Made by a program: the position numbers and the translations under genes. A stretch of DNA of 61,384 bases, counting the filler, from Nanobdellota archaeon (GTDB lineage: Archaea > Nanobdellota > Nanobdellia > Woesearchaeales > CAZZGN01), in the NCBI GenBank assembly GCA_051819665.1. It is 4 parts of 4 records of this genome, joined end to end, with 100 filler letters (N's around TTAATTAATTAA, not from the genome) between each part and the next. Parts side by side here need not be neighbours in the genome. Positions count along the whole stretch, not along the records: positions 47,070 to 61,384 come from JBNJDG010000026.1; 3 more parts are not named here. One strand, 5' to 3'. Below are positions 48,712-58,553 of the stretch, piece by piece. The notes beneath the pieces are model-generated. The model saw nothing but the letters and a program-made list of their open reading frames with translations, ran no database searches and was not told where the DNA came from. Position 1 is the first letter of the stretch. Every line of letters starts with the position of its first letter.

Positions 48712-49291
48712 TATGGTAAGCAAAGAAGAAAAAAGGAAAAGGACGAGCAGGATGTTCTTCGGCATCTTCACGATCATAGTCATGGTCGGTGGAGGTGTTG
48801 GCATCTTCGCGAATAACATGGGTAATAATAATGAAGAGACAGGGTATAATGATTTCTCCTTCACAAGGACAAGGGAAGGCTGGATAACAGAGATAGACGG
48901 AAGGGAGATGGCTTTTACCTCTCATCCGCTTGAGCTTGAAAGGTATAATGTCTCTGATGATGTTGCTGATACGATAAGGGGCTCGAAGGGGGTCATACTG
49001 ACAAATGATCCAAGCTCTCGTTTAAGGAACGATATAGCGAGGGCACAGCAGAACCTGAAGAAGAAAACTGCTATAAACATGAGGAACGCTTTCAATACAG
49101 AAAGTGAGTATGACGTTCCTGTTATTGGATGTGCGAATTCCACTGAAGAAGTCCCTGTAATAGTATTCGAGCAGGGGAACAGTTCAGAGATAACCAAAGA
49201 TGACTGTATCCATGTAAGATCAGCCACCGCTTCAGATTTCATGAGGCTCTCTGAGAGGATAGTCTACGAGCTATTGGGTGTCATGGGATGA
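48704..49291 (+). CDS. Membrane-anchored hypothetical protein
   Basis: N-terminal TM; YNDFSF...W.T.I.G...F..HP..L; paralog of the next gene. Confidence 0.75.
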   Translation: MVDMVSKEEKRKRTSRMFFGIFTIIVMVGGGVGIFANNMGNNNEETGYNDFSFTRTREGWITEIDGREMAFTSHPLELERYNVSDDVADTIRGSKGVILTNDPSSRLRNDIARAQQNLKKKTAINMRNAFNTESEYDVPVIGCANSTEEVPVIVFEQGNSSEITKDDCIHVRSATASDFMRLSERIVYELLGVMG

Positions 49292-49917
49292 AGGACCATC
49301 ATAAGATCCTGGCAGGATTTGCAGCCCTTGCAGTCCTCGTCCTGCTTTTCTTTCCGGATGTGAATCCTGAGGATAACTTGGAGAAAGATCTGGAAGAAGA
49401 TCAGGGTAATGAAACTGAGGAGTTCTTCAGGCATAACGGTCATAACTTCACAAGGGGTGAGAATGGTCTCTGGCTTACAAAGATCAACGGCTCTGTTGTG
49501 AATTTCAGGTACAGGCCTTCAGAACTTAAGGATGTAAAGCTGGTGGATGACCCGCAGGGATTCCTTCCATCTAATGAGACCTATATCTCCATCAATGTCT
49601 CGAAATTTGAGGGCAATAAGGACCTTATTACTTCTTCCACAGATCTTCTCGGAAAGCTTGCGAGCAACGCTTTCCTTTTACAGGGAGATGTTCTCTTCAA
49701 TCCTAAGATAGTCTGCAATGAGGATAATCATGACTCATGTAAAGAATTGGGAGTGGTTAATTGTGATAGTGATACAGAAGGAAAAGTGATAAGGCTCGTC
49801 TATGGGGAAAACAACAACATAACCCTCGAAGAGGACTGTCTCACTCTCACTGCAAAAGAAGGAGAGATGAAGAAGGTGGTCGATAAGCTCCTCTACAGCA
49901 TGTATGGGTTGATCTGA
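49288..49917 (+). CDS. Membrane-anchored hypothetical protein (paralog of upstream gene)
   Basis: N-terminal TM; HNGHNF...W.T.I.G...FRY.P.EL; C...C...L.Y..YG.I ending. Confidence 0.75.
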   Translation: MKDHHKILAGFAALAVLVLLFFPDVNPEDNLEKDLEEDQGNETEEFFRHNGHNFTRGENGLWLTKINGSVVNFRYRPSELKDVKLVDDPQGFLPSNETYISINVSKFEGNKDLITSSTDLLGKLASNAFLLQGDVLFNPKIVCNEDNHDSCKELGVVNCDSDTEGKVIRLVYGENNNITLEEDCLTLTAKEGEMKKVVDKLLYSMYGLI

Positions 49918-50498
49918 TGCCTCATTACTTCGATGAAGAACAGAACTCGCCAATTAACAAGAAGAGGATTTCTGTAAGGCTCCGGGGCAGGAGCTTTGAA
50001 TTCATAACTGCTAATGGGGTCTTTTCGAAAGATCGTGTGGACATAGGCACGAGGATACTGATAGAGAATGCAGGAGTGAAGGGCAGGCTACTCGATTTAG
50101 GTTGCGGTTATGGTCCTGTAGGCATAACCTTCGCTAGAGAAGGTCATGAGGTTGTAATGACAGATATAAACTCAAGGGCTGTAGGTCTGGCAAAGAAGAA
50201 CATCAAACTCAATTCTGTGGAAGCAAAGGTAAGCAAGGGGGATGCTTTCGCGAATGTGGAGGGGAAATTCGATACTATACTCCTCAATCCTCCCCAGCAT
50301 GCGGGCAAGGATCTTTGTATTAGGATGATAAGAGAATCCTCTGATCATCTCTCTCACGGAGGCAGTCTTCAGATTGTCGCAAGGAGCAAGAAAGGCGGGA
50401 AGAGCCTGAAGAAAGCCATGGAGGAAGTCTTCAGTTCAGTCGAAATCCTGGCCAGGAGCAAGGGGTTCCATGTGTATATGGGCGTCAAGGATTTATGA
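49917..50498 (+). CDS. RsmC-like class I SAM-dependent methyltransferase
   Basis: HYF, GVFS..VD.GT..L, LDLGCGYGPVG, NPP..AGK. Confidence 0.92.
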   Translation: MPHYFDEEQNSPINKKRISVRLRGRSFEFITANGVFSKDRVDIGTRILIENAGVKGRLLDLGCGYGPVGITFAREGHEVVMTDINSRAVGLAKKNIKLNSVEAKVSKGDAFANVEGKFDTILLNPPQHAGKDLCIRMIRESSDHLSHGGSLQIVARSKKGGKSLKKAMEEVFSSVEILARSKGFHVYMGVKDL

Positions 50499-50629
50499 TA
50501 TGTAAGAAAATATTTCATTTTCTGCTGTTCTGGTGGGGATTGATTCTGGATCAATGGAACTTATATTGGTTTTTCGAAAATTCTCTGGAAATATTGAGGC
50601 AATCTCTAAATAAAATACAATAGTTTTTT

Positions 50630-51154
50630 GTGAAGATGTCTCTAAAAAATATTGAAAAACTTTTTTCGGATAAGAGATTGTTAAGAAAGGAGATTGGGTT
50701 TTTTATCCGAAAGAAGCAGATAAGAAAAATAAAGGATAATAAAGGATTGGTCCATTCTTTCCTCAGAAAAGCAAAACATAATCTCGAATTTTTCAGGGTT
50801 AATAAGAAACAGAGGAACTTCAATGACTGGTTGATTGTAATATTATATTATTCACTTTACCATTGTGCTTTGGCTCTTATATCAAAGAAGGGGTATGTTT
50901 CAAAGAATCACCGTGCTACGTTACTCTTGCTTATCAGAGAGTATTCTATATCAAGACGGGAGGCAGAGCTTATAGAAGAACTGTCAATAAACAAGGAAGA
51001 TGCAGAGCTTTATGCTGATCTTAAGTCAGAGAGGCATGATGCAAGTTATACGACAGAAATAGCTTTTACTAAGGAAAAGATAGGATATTATGAAGAGAAG
51101 GTTATAGATTTCATGAACAAAACAGAGGAAATCATCGGTAGGTCGAATGTTTAG
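50630..51154 (+). CDS. HEPN-domain protein
   Basis: W.IV..YYSLYH.A.AL...G..SKNH and R..ASY motifs; AT-rich. Confidence 0.85.
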   Translation: MKMSLKNIEKLFSDKRLLRKEIGFFIRKKQIRKIKDNKGLVHSFLRKAKHNLEFFRVNKKQRNFNDWLIVILYYSLYHCALALISKKGYVSKNHRATLLLLIREYSISRREAELIEELSINKEDAELYADLKSERHDASYTTEIAFTKEKIGYYEEKVIDFMNKTEEIIGRSNV

Positions 51155-51165
51155 GTCTGGAAAAA

Positions 51166-51211
51166 ACCAAAAATTGGTAAAATATCACCAAAATTTGGTA
51201 AAATATATAAA
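51166..51211 (+). promoter_or_regulatory. Tandem palindromic operator plus TATA box
   Basis: ACCAAAAATTGGTAAAATAT (51166-51185) and ACCAAAATTTGGTAAAATAT (51187-51206), then TATATAAA at 51204-51211. Confidence 0.75.
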
Positions 51212-51235
51212 CTAGTGGGTATTATCATGATTTCT

Positions 51236-51811
51236 ATGAGGGCTGAAGACAAGATATTCCTGGCATTTTTTGAAATGAAGAAATCTGAGCTTTATTATAA
51301 TCAGATAAAAGAACATGCTGGTCTTTCACATAGCTCTCTACAGAACGCACTTAAAAGATTGACTGATTCAGAGATCTTTCTGAAAGAGAAAACAAAGTCA
51401 AATACATTCTACTGTATCAAAGATAAGAAGTATCTTGCATTGAAATTTTCAGAGATAGCCCTCTCTAAGTTCAGATACCTGAACAGGGCCGTTAGGATCC
51501 CACTAGAAAACTTATTGAAGGATCTTCCCAGAGGTATATACACAATAATCCTTTTCGGCTCAGCATCAAGGAAGGAAGAAGCAAAAGGGAGCGATATAGA
51601 TCTGCTTGTCGTGTCAGAAAGTAAGGTTGTTCTGAGAAAGAAGGATGCAGAGCTGGTATCAAAATATCCTGTAAAAATTTTCAGATGTAATGTCAGGGAA
51701 TTTTTGGAGAACAGGGATGATCTGATTATTCAGGCAAGAGAGACAGGATTTCCAATACATAAAGAGCAGAATTTTTATGAGATCTACATTGATTCTCTGA
51801 ACACCGGATAA
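51236..51811 (+). CDS. wHTH plus minimal nucleotidyltransferase (MNT) protein
   Basis: N-terminal wHTH (GLSHSSLQNALKRL), LFGSASR......SDIDLLVV; ATG at 51236 fits the TATA spacing. Confidence 0.88.
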   Translation: MRAEDKIFLAFFEMKKSELYYNQIKEHAGLSHSSLQNALKRLTDSEIFLKEKTKSNTFYCIKDKKYLALKFSEIALSKFRYLNRAVRIPLENLLKDLPRGIYTIILFGSASRKEEAKGSDIDLLVVSESKVVLRKKDAELVSKYPVKIFRCNVREFLENRDDLIIQARETGFPIHKEQNFYEIYIDSLNTG

Positions 51812-51842
51812 ATATTTAAACAACTTCCACACAGGGTTTTTT

Positions 51843-52475
51843 ATGGCCGAGAATATACTGATGTTTTGCGCTCACAATGATGATCTTGTGATAGGAGCAG
51901 GTGGGACTGCTGCGAAGTATTCTGCCGAAGGGAAGGACATCTACTCTGTGATCTTCTCTCACGGCGAGAAGAGCCATCCCTGGATGAAGCCTGAGCATAC
52001 CATAAAGACGAGGATAAAGGAAGCGAAGGAATCAGACAGTTTCCTGGGCGTTAAGGACCAGTATTTCCTGGCGCTCAATGAGGGGAAGTTACAGCAGGAA
52101 TGCAGCCATGATAAGATAATCGATATAATGAATAAAGTGAAGCCCGATAAGATATTCTTCCATAACATGGATGACCCTCATCCTGATCACAGGGCAGTCT
52201 ATAATATAATGACGAAGGTGATGGATGAAGCAGGCTATAAAGGGGAGGCTTATATGTTCGATGTATGGACCCTCATGAATTTCCGGAAGAGGAACTCCCC
52301 AAAGATGGTGGTGGATATAACAGAAACATTCAGTAAGAAGATAAAGGCCTTCAGGATGCATAAGAGCCAGAAAGCAGCCCTTTTCTCGCTTCTCTGGACA
52401 GTCTATGCCAAGGCTTTCCTGAACGGTCTCAATAACGGATATAAGTATGCGGAGGTGTTCTTTAAGCTAAGATGA
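51843..52475 (+). CDS. PIG-L/LmbE-family deacetylase
   Basis: AHNDD...GAGG, R..EA, D.HPDH, K..A...H.SQ. Confidence 0.9.
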   Translation: MAENILMFCAHNDDLVIGAGGTAAKYSAEGKDIYSVIFSHGEKSHPWMKPEHTIKTRIKEAKESDSFLGVKDQYFLALNEGKLQQECSHDKIIDIMNKVKPDKIFFHNMDDPHPDHRAVYNIMTKVMDEAGYKGEAYMFDVWTLMNFRKRNSPKMVVDITETFSKKIKAFRMHKSQKAALFSLLWTVYAKAFLNGLNNGYKYAEVFFKLR

Positions 52476-53578
52476 AGCGTCTGCTGATAGCCACGGACAA
52501 TTTCCTTCCCCGATGGGATGGGATTGCGAGATTCCTTAATGAGATAATACCCAGGCTCTCTGCCGATTATAAGATAACCGTGCTCTGCCCGGATTACGGG
52601 AAAGCGCCTGATTATGAAGGTGTGGATATAATCAAGTTTCCTGTCACGAAGTTTTCTGTAGGAGGTTATCAACCCCCAAAAGCGTCATTCAGGAAGATTA
52701 ACCGTTATGTGAAAGAGGCTGACGTTGTCTTTGTCCAGACCCAGGGTCCCGTCGGTGCAAAGGCGATAATAGCATCCTGGTTCCATAAGAGACCTGTTGT
52801 CTCTTATGTCCATTCTATCGAGTGGGAGCTGTTCTCCAAGAGCATAAAACTTTTCAAACCGCTGGCAAGGTTCTTCACCAAGATCTATGCAAGGATGTTG
52901 TATAATATGTGCAGTATCATAATGATACCTTTCCTCGAAGTGAAAGAGATGATGAGAAGGAACGGTATATTCTCTCCCGGAATGACTATCGTACATCTCG
53001 GCATAGACACTGAGAAATTCAGGCCTGCAGATAAGAGGAAAGCCAAGGAACGTTTGGGCCTTGACAGCAGCAGGTTCGTTGTAGGATTCACAGGAAGGCT
53101 CAGCAGGGAGAAGGACCTGTCTACCCTTACAAGGGCGTTCAATGAACTCAATGAGAGTAATGATGATATGACCCTTCTTGTGGTAGGGGAGGGTAACAGG
53201 AAAGATATTGTTACCGGCAGGAATATGAAAGCAGTGGGTAAGAAGGATGATGTTGTACCCTACCTACAGGCAATGGATGTTTATGTTCTTCCTTCCCTCA
53301 CCGAGACGACTTCTTTATCAACTTTAGAAGCTATGTCCTGCGGCGTTCCGGTGATCTCTACTCCGGTTGGGTATGTGAAATCTTACCTCGAAGAGAGGAA
53401 GAACGGGCTTATCTTTCCTAAAGGGAACTATCTTGTCCTTAAGCTCAAGATCAAGCAGCTGAAAGAGGATACAGAGCTGAGAAAGAAACTTTCAGAGCAG
53501 GCGAGAGAGACAGTGAAGGGAAGTTTCGACTGGAATAATACCGTTGAGAAGATTGAGCTTGTCCTTAATCAGTTCTAG
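52472..53578 (+). CDS. GT4-family glycosyltransferase
   Basis: D.F.P...G, GIDTEKF, GRLSREK, PSLTET.SL..LEAM.CG.PVI. Confidence 0.93.
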   Translation: MKRLLIATDNFLPRWDGIARFLNEIIPRLSADYKITVLCPDYGKAPDYEGVDIIKFPVTKFSVGGYQPPKASFRKINRYVKEADVVFVQTQGPVGAKAIIASWFHKRPVVSYVHSIEWELFSKSIKLFKPLARFFTKIYARMLYNMCSIIMIPFLEVKEMMRRNGIFSPGMTIVHLGIDTEKFRPADKRKAKERLGLDSSRFVVGFTGRLSREKDLSTLTRAFNELNESNDDMTLLVVGEGNRKDIVTGRNMKAVGKKDDVVPYLQAMDVYVLPSLTETTSLSTLEAMSCGVPVISTPVGYVKSYLEERKNGLIFPKGNYLVLKLKIKQLKEDTELRKKLSEQARETVKGSFDWNNTVEKIELVLNQF

Positions 53579-56500
53579 ACTTTCAGGCTGACTATCTTGC
53601 TCATGCCGTGTTCATTCATGCTGACACCGTAGAGATGATTGGCTTCAGAGATAACTGCGTCATTATGGCTTATGATAAGGTACTGCGCATTCTCTGAATA
53701 TTTCCTTATCAGCTCTGCCAGTTTCTCGGAGTTCTTCTTGTCAAGGGCGGCATCGACCTCATCGAAGATATAGAATGTTGCCGGGTCATGCTCCTGCAAA
53801 GCGAAGATGAAAGATAATGCGGTCAGTGTCTTCTCGCCACCTGAAAGCGATCTTATATCAAGATATTTCCTGCTGCTCATCTTGACCTTTATAGTGACCC
53901 CTCCGTCAAGAGGGCTCTGTTCGTTCTCGAGCTCCATGTAAGCCTCTCCTTTTGTGGACAATTGCTTGAATATGTTCTTGAAACTCTCATTCGTATTGTT
54001 GAAAGCCTTGGTGAAGAGCTCTTTCTTCTTGGTCTCGATCTCATTCATCATCTCGAGGACATCCTGCTTCTCCTGACCGAGCCTCTCTTTCTTATCGACA
54101 AGCTCGTTGTATTCTTTCTCGACATTCTCGTATATCTCGAGAGCTTTCATGTTCACATTTCCCATATCGGAGAGGATAGCTTCGAACTTCTTTATGTTCT
54201 CCCTCATGGTCTCCTTGTTATTGTCTATGAGCTCTGTTCCCTCGTATTCCTTGAACTCCTCTTTAAGTGCATTTAGCTCGGCTTTCAGCTTGGCATTGTC
54301 AAGGGAATAGTTGTTCGATTTCGTCTCTATCTCTCTAATGTTCTGCTCCTTCCTGCTTATCTTATCATTTATCTCCCTGAGCTTCTCCTGGACCTTGTTC
54401 CTCTTGTCGAAAAGCACTTTGAACTGTTTCCTGAACTCTTCCTCTTTCTTCTCCTTTTCCTTCAGCTCTTCCTGTTGTTTCTTTATGTACTCGTTCATCT
54501 CCTGAAGCTGTTTATTGAAATCCTCCTCTTCCTTCTGGTGCTGTTTGAGGATATCCTCTGATTTCTTGAGCTCGGGGTCGAGGATCGTACTTTTTCTCTC
54601 ATCGCAGTTCTTTATGTCAAGGTCGTACTTGGATATCTCTTCCTTGATCTCATCCTTCTTCTGCTGGAAGGCATTCAGCTCTGCCAGTTTCTTGGGATTC
54701 CTTATCTCATTGATCTTGTCCTTGAGCTGCTGCTTCTCGGTCTTCTTCTTCGCAAGCTCCTGGTTCTTTCCGCTCACTTTCTTCTGTACATCCTCAAGTT
54801 CCTTATCCACTTCCTTCAGCTCTTTTGAGAAATCCTCTTTTGCTTTCTTCGAAGCTTCAAGGTCCGAGGATTCGAGGTGGAGGCTCTTCTCTTTCTTAAT
54901 GGTCTCTCCTTCAAGATTAGCTTTATGCTCCCTCAGCCTTTTTATCTTCTCCTCGTTGTCCTCTCTCTTAGACTCGAGGTTGGAGAGGAGCTTCTTCTGG
55001 TCGGCCTCTTTATTCTCGAGCTCTTTTATCTTATCGACTATCTCGTTCTCCTTGAAACCGACACCTGTCTTCTTGCTCCTGAAACCTCCCTGCATAGCCC
55101 CGCTGCTCTCTACTATATCTCCGGTGAGGGTGGTCATCCTGTTCTCTCCTATGCCCAGTCTCCTGGCGGTGTCTATGTCTTCTACAACGATAGTATTCCC
55201 GAAGACATGGCTGAATATTTTCTTGAATCTCGGATCGTATTCCACGAGATCCTTGGCCAGGCCGTGGACGCCGTTGGCTTTCAGTAGTTTCTTCGCGCTC
55301 TCGCTCTCCTTCACCGGTTTGATCTTGTTCAGGGGCAGGAAAGTTGCTGATCCCAGTTTATTGTCCTTCAGGAATTTTATGCATTCGGAAGCGACTTTAT
55401 CGTTCTCCACGACGATGCTCTTCATCCTCGGCCCGGCAGCAACTTCCAGAGCCTGGGAGTATTTGCTCTTCACACTTCCAAGGTCTGAGACTGTACCGTA
55501 TACATTACCGAACCTGTCCTTGTTCTCGAGGATCTTCTGGATGGCCATGCTTCCCGCTGCTGCCTGTTTTATAGAATTATTCTTCGCATTAAGCCCTGAA
55601 AGCTCTTCCTGGATCCTTTCCAGCTCTTTCCTCGCATTGGTGGTTTCCGCGACTATAGATTGATTCTTATCGAGCTCTTTGCTCAGTTCTGATGTGGATT
55701 TCTTGAGCTCTTCCTTCTTGCTCTTGAGGTCTTTCATCTCTTTCTCGTATTCCTTCTCGACCTCTTTAACCTTGTTTATCTTCTCATCGGTGCTTTGGAT
55801 CTGAAGCTCCAGTTTATCCTTCCTCCTCATGAGTTCCTGCTGTCTCTCCCTGAGGTCATGGGTCTCCTGCTGTTTCTCCTCTATCTCCTTATCGACCTTA
55901 TCTATATCCTTCTCTATATCTGAAGCATTGTCAAGATCATTATCTTCCTTGTACTTATTGATGTTATCTTCCACAGATTTGAGCTGTTCCTCTTTTCTTC
56001 TCTTCCCCTCGAGAAGCTCTTCTTTCTCTTTCTTCAGGGCTTCTATCTTCTTCCTGGTCTCTTCGAGGTTATCCTGCATCTGCTTCTTTCTCTCTCCCGC
56101 TTTCTCCACTTCGTTCTTAAGGTTGTCTGTCTTAGTCTGGTTCTTCGCTATATCTATCTTCAGCTGTTCGACTTCCTTGTGGAGCCTGACCTTCTCTTCC
56201 TCTCCCTTATTCTCTATCTCATTGTTTATCTGTGATTCCTCTTTCTTCTTCTCTTCCGCTTCCTTCTTCAGTTCCTCTATCTCTTCCCTGTTCCTGTTCA
56301 TCTGTTCCTTGAACTTGTTGATGTTCTCTTCAATCTTGGAGAGCTTCTCCTCTTTCTCCTTTATTTGTTTGTCAAGCAGTGAGGCCTTGTTCTTCTTCAG
56401 CTTCTCCTGAGTTTCCTTGTATTTGAGCGCCTGGTCCCTCTCTGATTTCAGTTCATCGAGCCTGTTCTTCCTCTCATTCAGGACTATCTGCGCTTCCTCG

Positions 56501-57066
56501 AGCTTCTTCTCCACCTTGTCCAGCTCGTTCTCAGCCTTTCTCTTCTTCTCTTCATAAACGGAGATGCCCGAGATCTCCTCGATTATCTTCCTCCTCTCAT
56601 CCGGCGACATCTCAACGAACCTTACAATGTCACCCTGGAGGATTATATTGTAACCATCCGGATTGATCCTTGCCATGGACAATAACTCCAGGATCTGCTG
56701 CCTTGTCCTTGTCTGCTCGTTGATCTTGTATATGCTCTGGCCGGAGCTCTTGACGATCCTCGTTATGGTGACGCTCTTCTCTTCAGTAGGGAAAGTACCA
56801 TCAGAATTATCGAAGACAATACTCACTTCGCCCTGCTTTGCCGGTTGTTTGGTCTTCCCGCCGTTGTAGATAAGATTCGCGGCCTTTTCAGCCCTGAGAC
56901 CTTTTGCAGAGCCTTTCCCCAGGACAAAACACAGAGCGTCCATCACATTGCTCTTACCTGATCCGTTAGGTCCCAGAACGCAGTTGAATTTCGTCCCCAG
57001 AACAAGCTCTGTCCGGTGGGAGAAAGATTTGAACCCGTTCATCACCAGTTTCTGTATATGTGTCAT
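53575..57066 (-). CDS. smc: Chromosome segregation protein SMC
   Basis: GFKSF, GPNGSGKSN, hinge (G..TFLPLN, GAMQGG), LSGGEK, DEVDAALD; ATG at 57066 preferred. Confidence 0.98.
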   Translation of the reverse strand: MTHIQKLVMNGFKSFSHRTELVLGTKFNCVLGPNGSGKSNVMDALCFVLGKGSAKGLRAEKAANLIYNGGKTKQPAKQGEVSIVFDNSDGTFPTEEKSVTITRIVKSSGQSIYKINEQTRTRQQILELLSMARINPDGYNIILQGDIVRFVEMSPDERRKIIEEISGISVYEEKKRKAENELDKVEKKLEEAQIVLNERKNRLDELKSERDQALKYKETQEKLKKNKASLLDKQIKEKEEKLSKIEENINKFKEQMNRNREEIEELKKEAEEKKKEESQINNEIENKGEEEKVRLHKEVEQLKIDIAKNQTKTDNLKNEVEKAGERKKQMQDNLEETRKKIEALKKEKEELLEGKRRKEEQLKSVEDNINKYKEDNDLDNASDIEKDIDKVDKEIEEKQQETHDLRERQQELMRRKDKLELQIQSTDEKINKVKEVEKEYEKEMKDLKSKKEELKKSTSELSKELDKNQSIVAETTNARKELERIQEELSGLNAKNNSIKQAAAGSMAIQKILENKDRFGNVYGTVSDLGSVKSKYSQALEVAAGPRMKSIVVENDKVASECIKFLKDNKLGSATFLPLNKIKPVKESESAKKLLKANGVHGLAKDLVEYDPRFKKIFSHVFGNTIVVEDIDTARRLGIGENRMTTLTGDIVESSGAMQGGFRSKKTGVGFKENEIVDKIKELENKEADQKKLLSNLESKREDNEEKIKRLREHKANLEGETIKKEKSLHLESSDLEASKKAKEDFSKELKEVDKELEDVQKKVSGKNQELAKKKTEKQQLKDKINEIRNPKKLAELNAFQQKKDEIKEEISKYDLDIKNCDERKSTILDPELKKSEDILKQHQKEEEDFNKQLQEMNEYIKKQQEELKEKEKKEEEFRKQFKVLFDKRNKVQEKLREINDKISRKEQNIREIETKSNNYSLDNAKLKAELNALKEEFKEYEGTELIDNNKETMRENIKKFEAILSDMGNVNMKALEIYENVEKEYNELVDKKERLGQEKQDVLEMMNEIETKKKELFTKAFNNTNESFKNIFKQLSTKGEAYMELENEQSPLDGGVTIKVKMSSRKYLDIRSLSGGEKTLTALSFIFALQEHDPATFYIFDEVDAALDKKNSEKLAELIRKYSENAQYLIISHNDAVISEANHLYGVSMNEHGMSKIVSLKV

Positions 57067-57136
57067 CTGGGTTATCCGCACAGGCTCATATATTTAAAAT
57101 TGTCGTTTTCCGTTAAGTTTTTATATTAGGAATAGA

Positions 57137-57673
57137 ATGAATGAGGAAAAAAGAGGTTGGTATATGCCGCGTAAAGAGTTAGTTGATTATATCAGGAAGG
57201 AGATGAAGAGAGGGGCTAACCTGAATGCGATAAGGAGGAGTCTTCTGGATCTGGGTTATACTTATGACACTATAGAAGATGCTCTTAAACAGGCCCGAAA
57301 GGGTAAGCCTGATATCCTGATAGCTGGTTCTCTGATAGCTCTTATCCTGATAGTGGCGATTGTAGTATCTCTGACTCTCTTCGCTTCAGATGATTCTGCA
57401 GAGATGGATAAGACTGACAGGGAGATTTATGCGGAAGCCCTGCAGGCGGAGAATAAGAGCAGATGTAAGGAGATCCTCTCGAATGAGCTTCGCGAGGAAT
57501 GCCTGTCAAAGCTGACTCCTGACAAGAAAAGCAAGGAAGAGGAGAAGGATGAGGGTAGCACTCTTTCGGACAGGAACCTCTATATGGATGCTATAAGATT
57601 AAGGTCTCCGGAGAGATGTGAGAAGATAGATTCTGATGCTTTGAAGGAGAAATGCCTTGACCGTGTTGGATAG
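57137..57673 (+). CDS. Membrane protein with Cys-containing helical repeats
   Basis: LVDYI....G.....IR..L...GY N-domain, TM helix, two DR..Y..A......C..I....L.E.C repeats. Confidence 0.75.
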   Translation: MNEEKRGWYMPRKELVDYIRKEMKRGANLNAIRRSLLDLGYTYDTIEDALKQARKGKPDILIAGSLIALILIVAIVVSLTLFASDDSAEMDKTDREIYAEALQAENKSRCKEILSNELREECLSKLTPDKKSKEEEKDEGSTLSDRNLYMDAIRLRSPERCEKIDSDALKEKCLDRVG

Positions 57674-57716
57674 AAAAACTTAAATATTAATACTGTAAAG
57701 AATAAACCCGAGGAAT

Positions 57717-58553
57717 TTGAAAATGAAAAAAATATTCATAATGGCCGTAATTTCAATGTTCATCGTTATCGCCCTTGTTGGTGCTGAAGAGAGGGACTCT
57801 TGTGCAGAATTACTGAATTCTTCTGGATCTGGTGAAGATCTTAGTGACCTGAATTATTGTGAGCAGACCGCTTTTGATATGAATACGGAGGGTTGCGGTG
57901 AGCAGAGCATATGCTTTAATGATACCGAACTTCCTGGTCCGGAAGATGCGAAAGCTCCGTTCGGTCATGGTAATGCTACTATTATGGTAAATCCTGATGA
58001 TAGGAAGGTCCAGGGCCATTTTTTCGATGAGCTTTTCCAGAGAACTCCTGTATATTCTTTGTTCGGATTTGAGACCAATCATATGAGCGAACTCGGGGAA
58101 ACAGATTTTACAGGTGATGTCACATTGACATCGGGGGCAGAGCTCTGTACGGAAGATACCTGCCTCGGTGACTGGTCAGAGACGAAAGGTCTTTATGTAG
58201 GGAAGAGCTCTGCTGAGACTGATGGGGATCCTGAAGATGCAGGTAATATGAGCTATGATAAGATGAATGAGATCTGCCAGGAAGACTATGCGGGCTCTCA
58301 CCTATGCACAGAGACCGAGATGATAAATTCTGTCAACAATAAGGATATTTCTTCCGAAAGCGGCCTTTTGTGGGTCTCGGGCGGAGCTCCCGGCTATCTT
58401 GCCAATGCCAATGACTGTAATGGCTGGACAAAGAATTCAGAGGATTTCTTCGGTAAGGTATGGGATTTCGGTGAAGGTAACAAAGGAGCAGGATATATGG
58501 CGAGGTGCACAGCCAGTTTAAACCTTGCATGTTGTAAGGAGGGTGGACAATGA
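57717..58553 (+). CDS. Secreted protein with a C-terminal C-type-lectin-fold (DUF1554-like) domain
   Basis: Signal peptide; IC...Y.GSHLC...E, WV, NDC.GWT, C...L.LACC. Confidence 0.7.
   Translation: MKMKKIFIMAVISMFIVIALVGAEERDSCAELLNSSGSGEDLSDLNYCEQTAFDMNTEGCGEQSICFNDTELPGPEDAKAPFGHGNATIMVNPDDRKVQGHFFDELFQRTPVYSLFGFETNHMSELGETDFTGDVTLTSGAELCTEDTCLGDWSETKGLYVGKSSAETDGDPEDAGNMSYDKMNEICQEDYAGSHLCTETEMINSVNNKDISSESGLLWVSGGAPGYLANANDCNGWTKNSEDFFGKVWDFGEGNKGAGYMARCTASLNLACCKEGGQ

Noticed and set aside
54515..55663. 382-aa Ser/Phe-rich ORF, plus many similar antisense ORFs (e.g. 8500-9222, 21205-21939, 44970-45650)
   Set aside because: Shadow frames opposite Lys/Glu-rich genuine genes such as smc, ftsZ and groEL
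57717..58553. Lectin-fold C-terminus as a possible diversity-generating retroelement target
   Set aside because: No reverse transcriptase and no template repeat differing at adenines noticed in the window; cannot be excluded elsewhere in the genome
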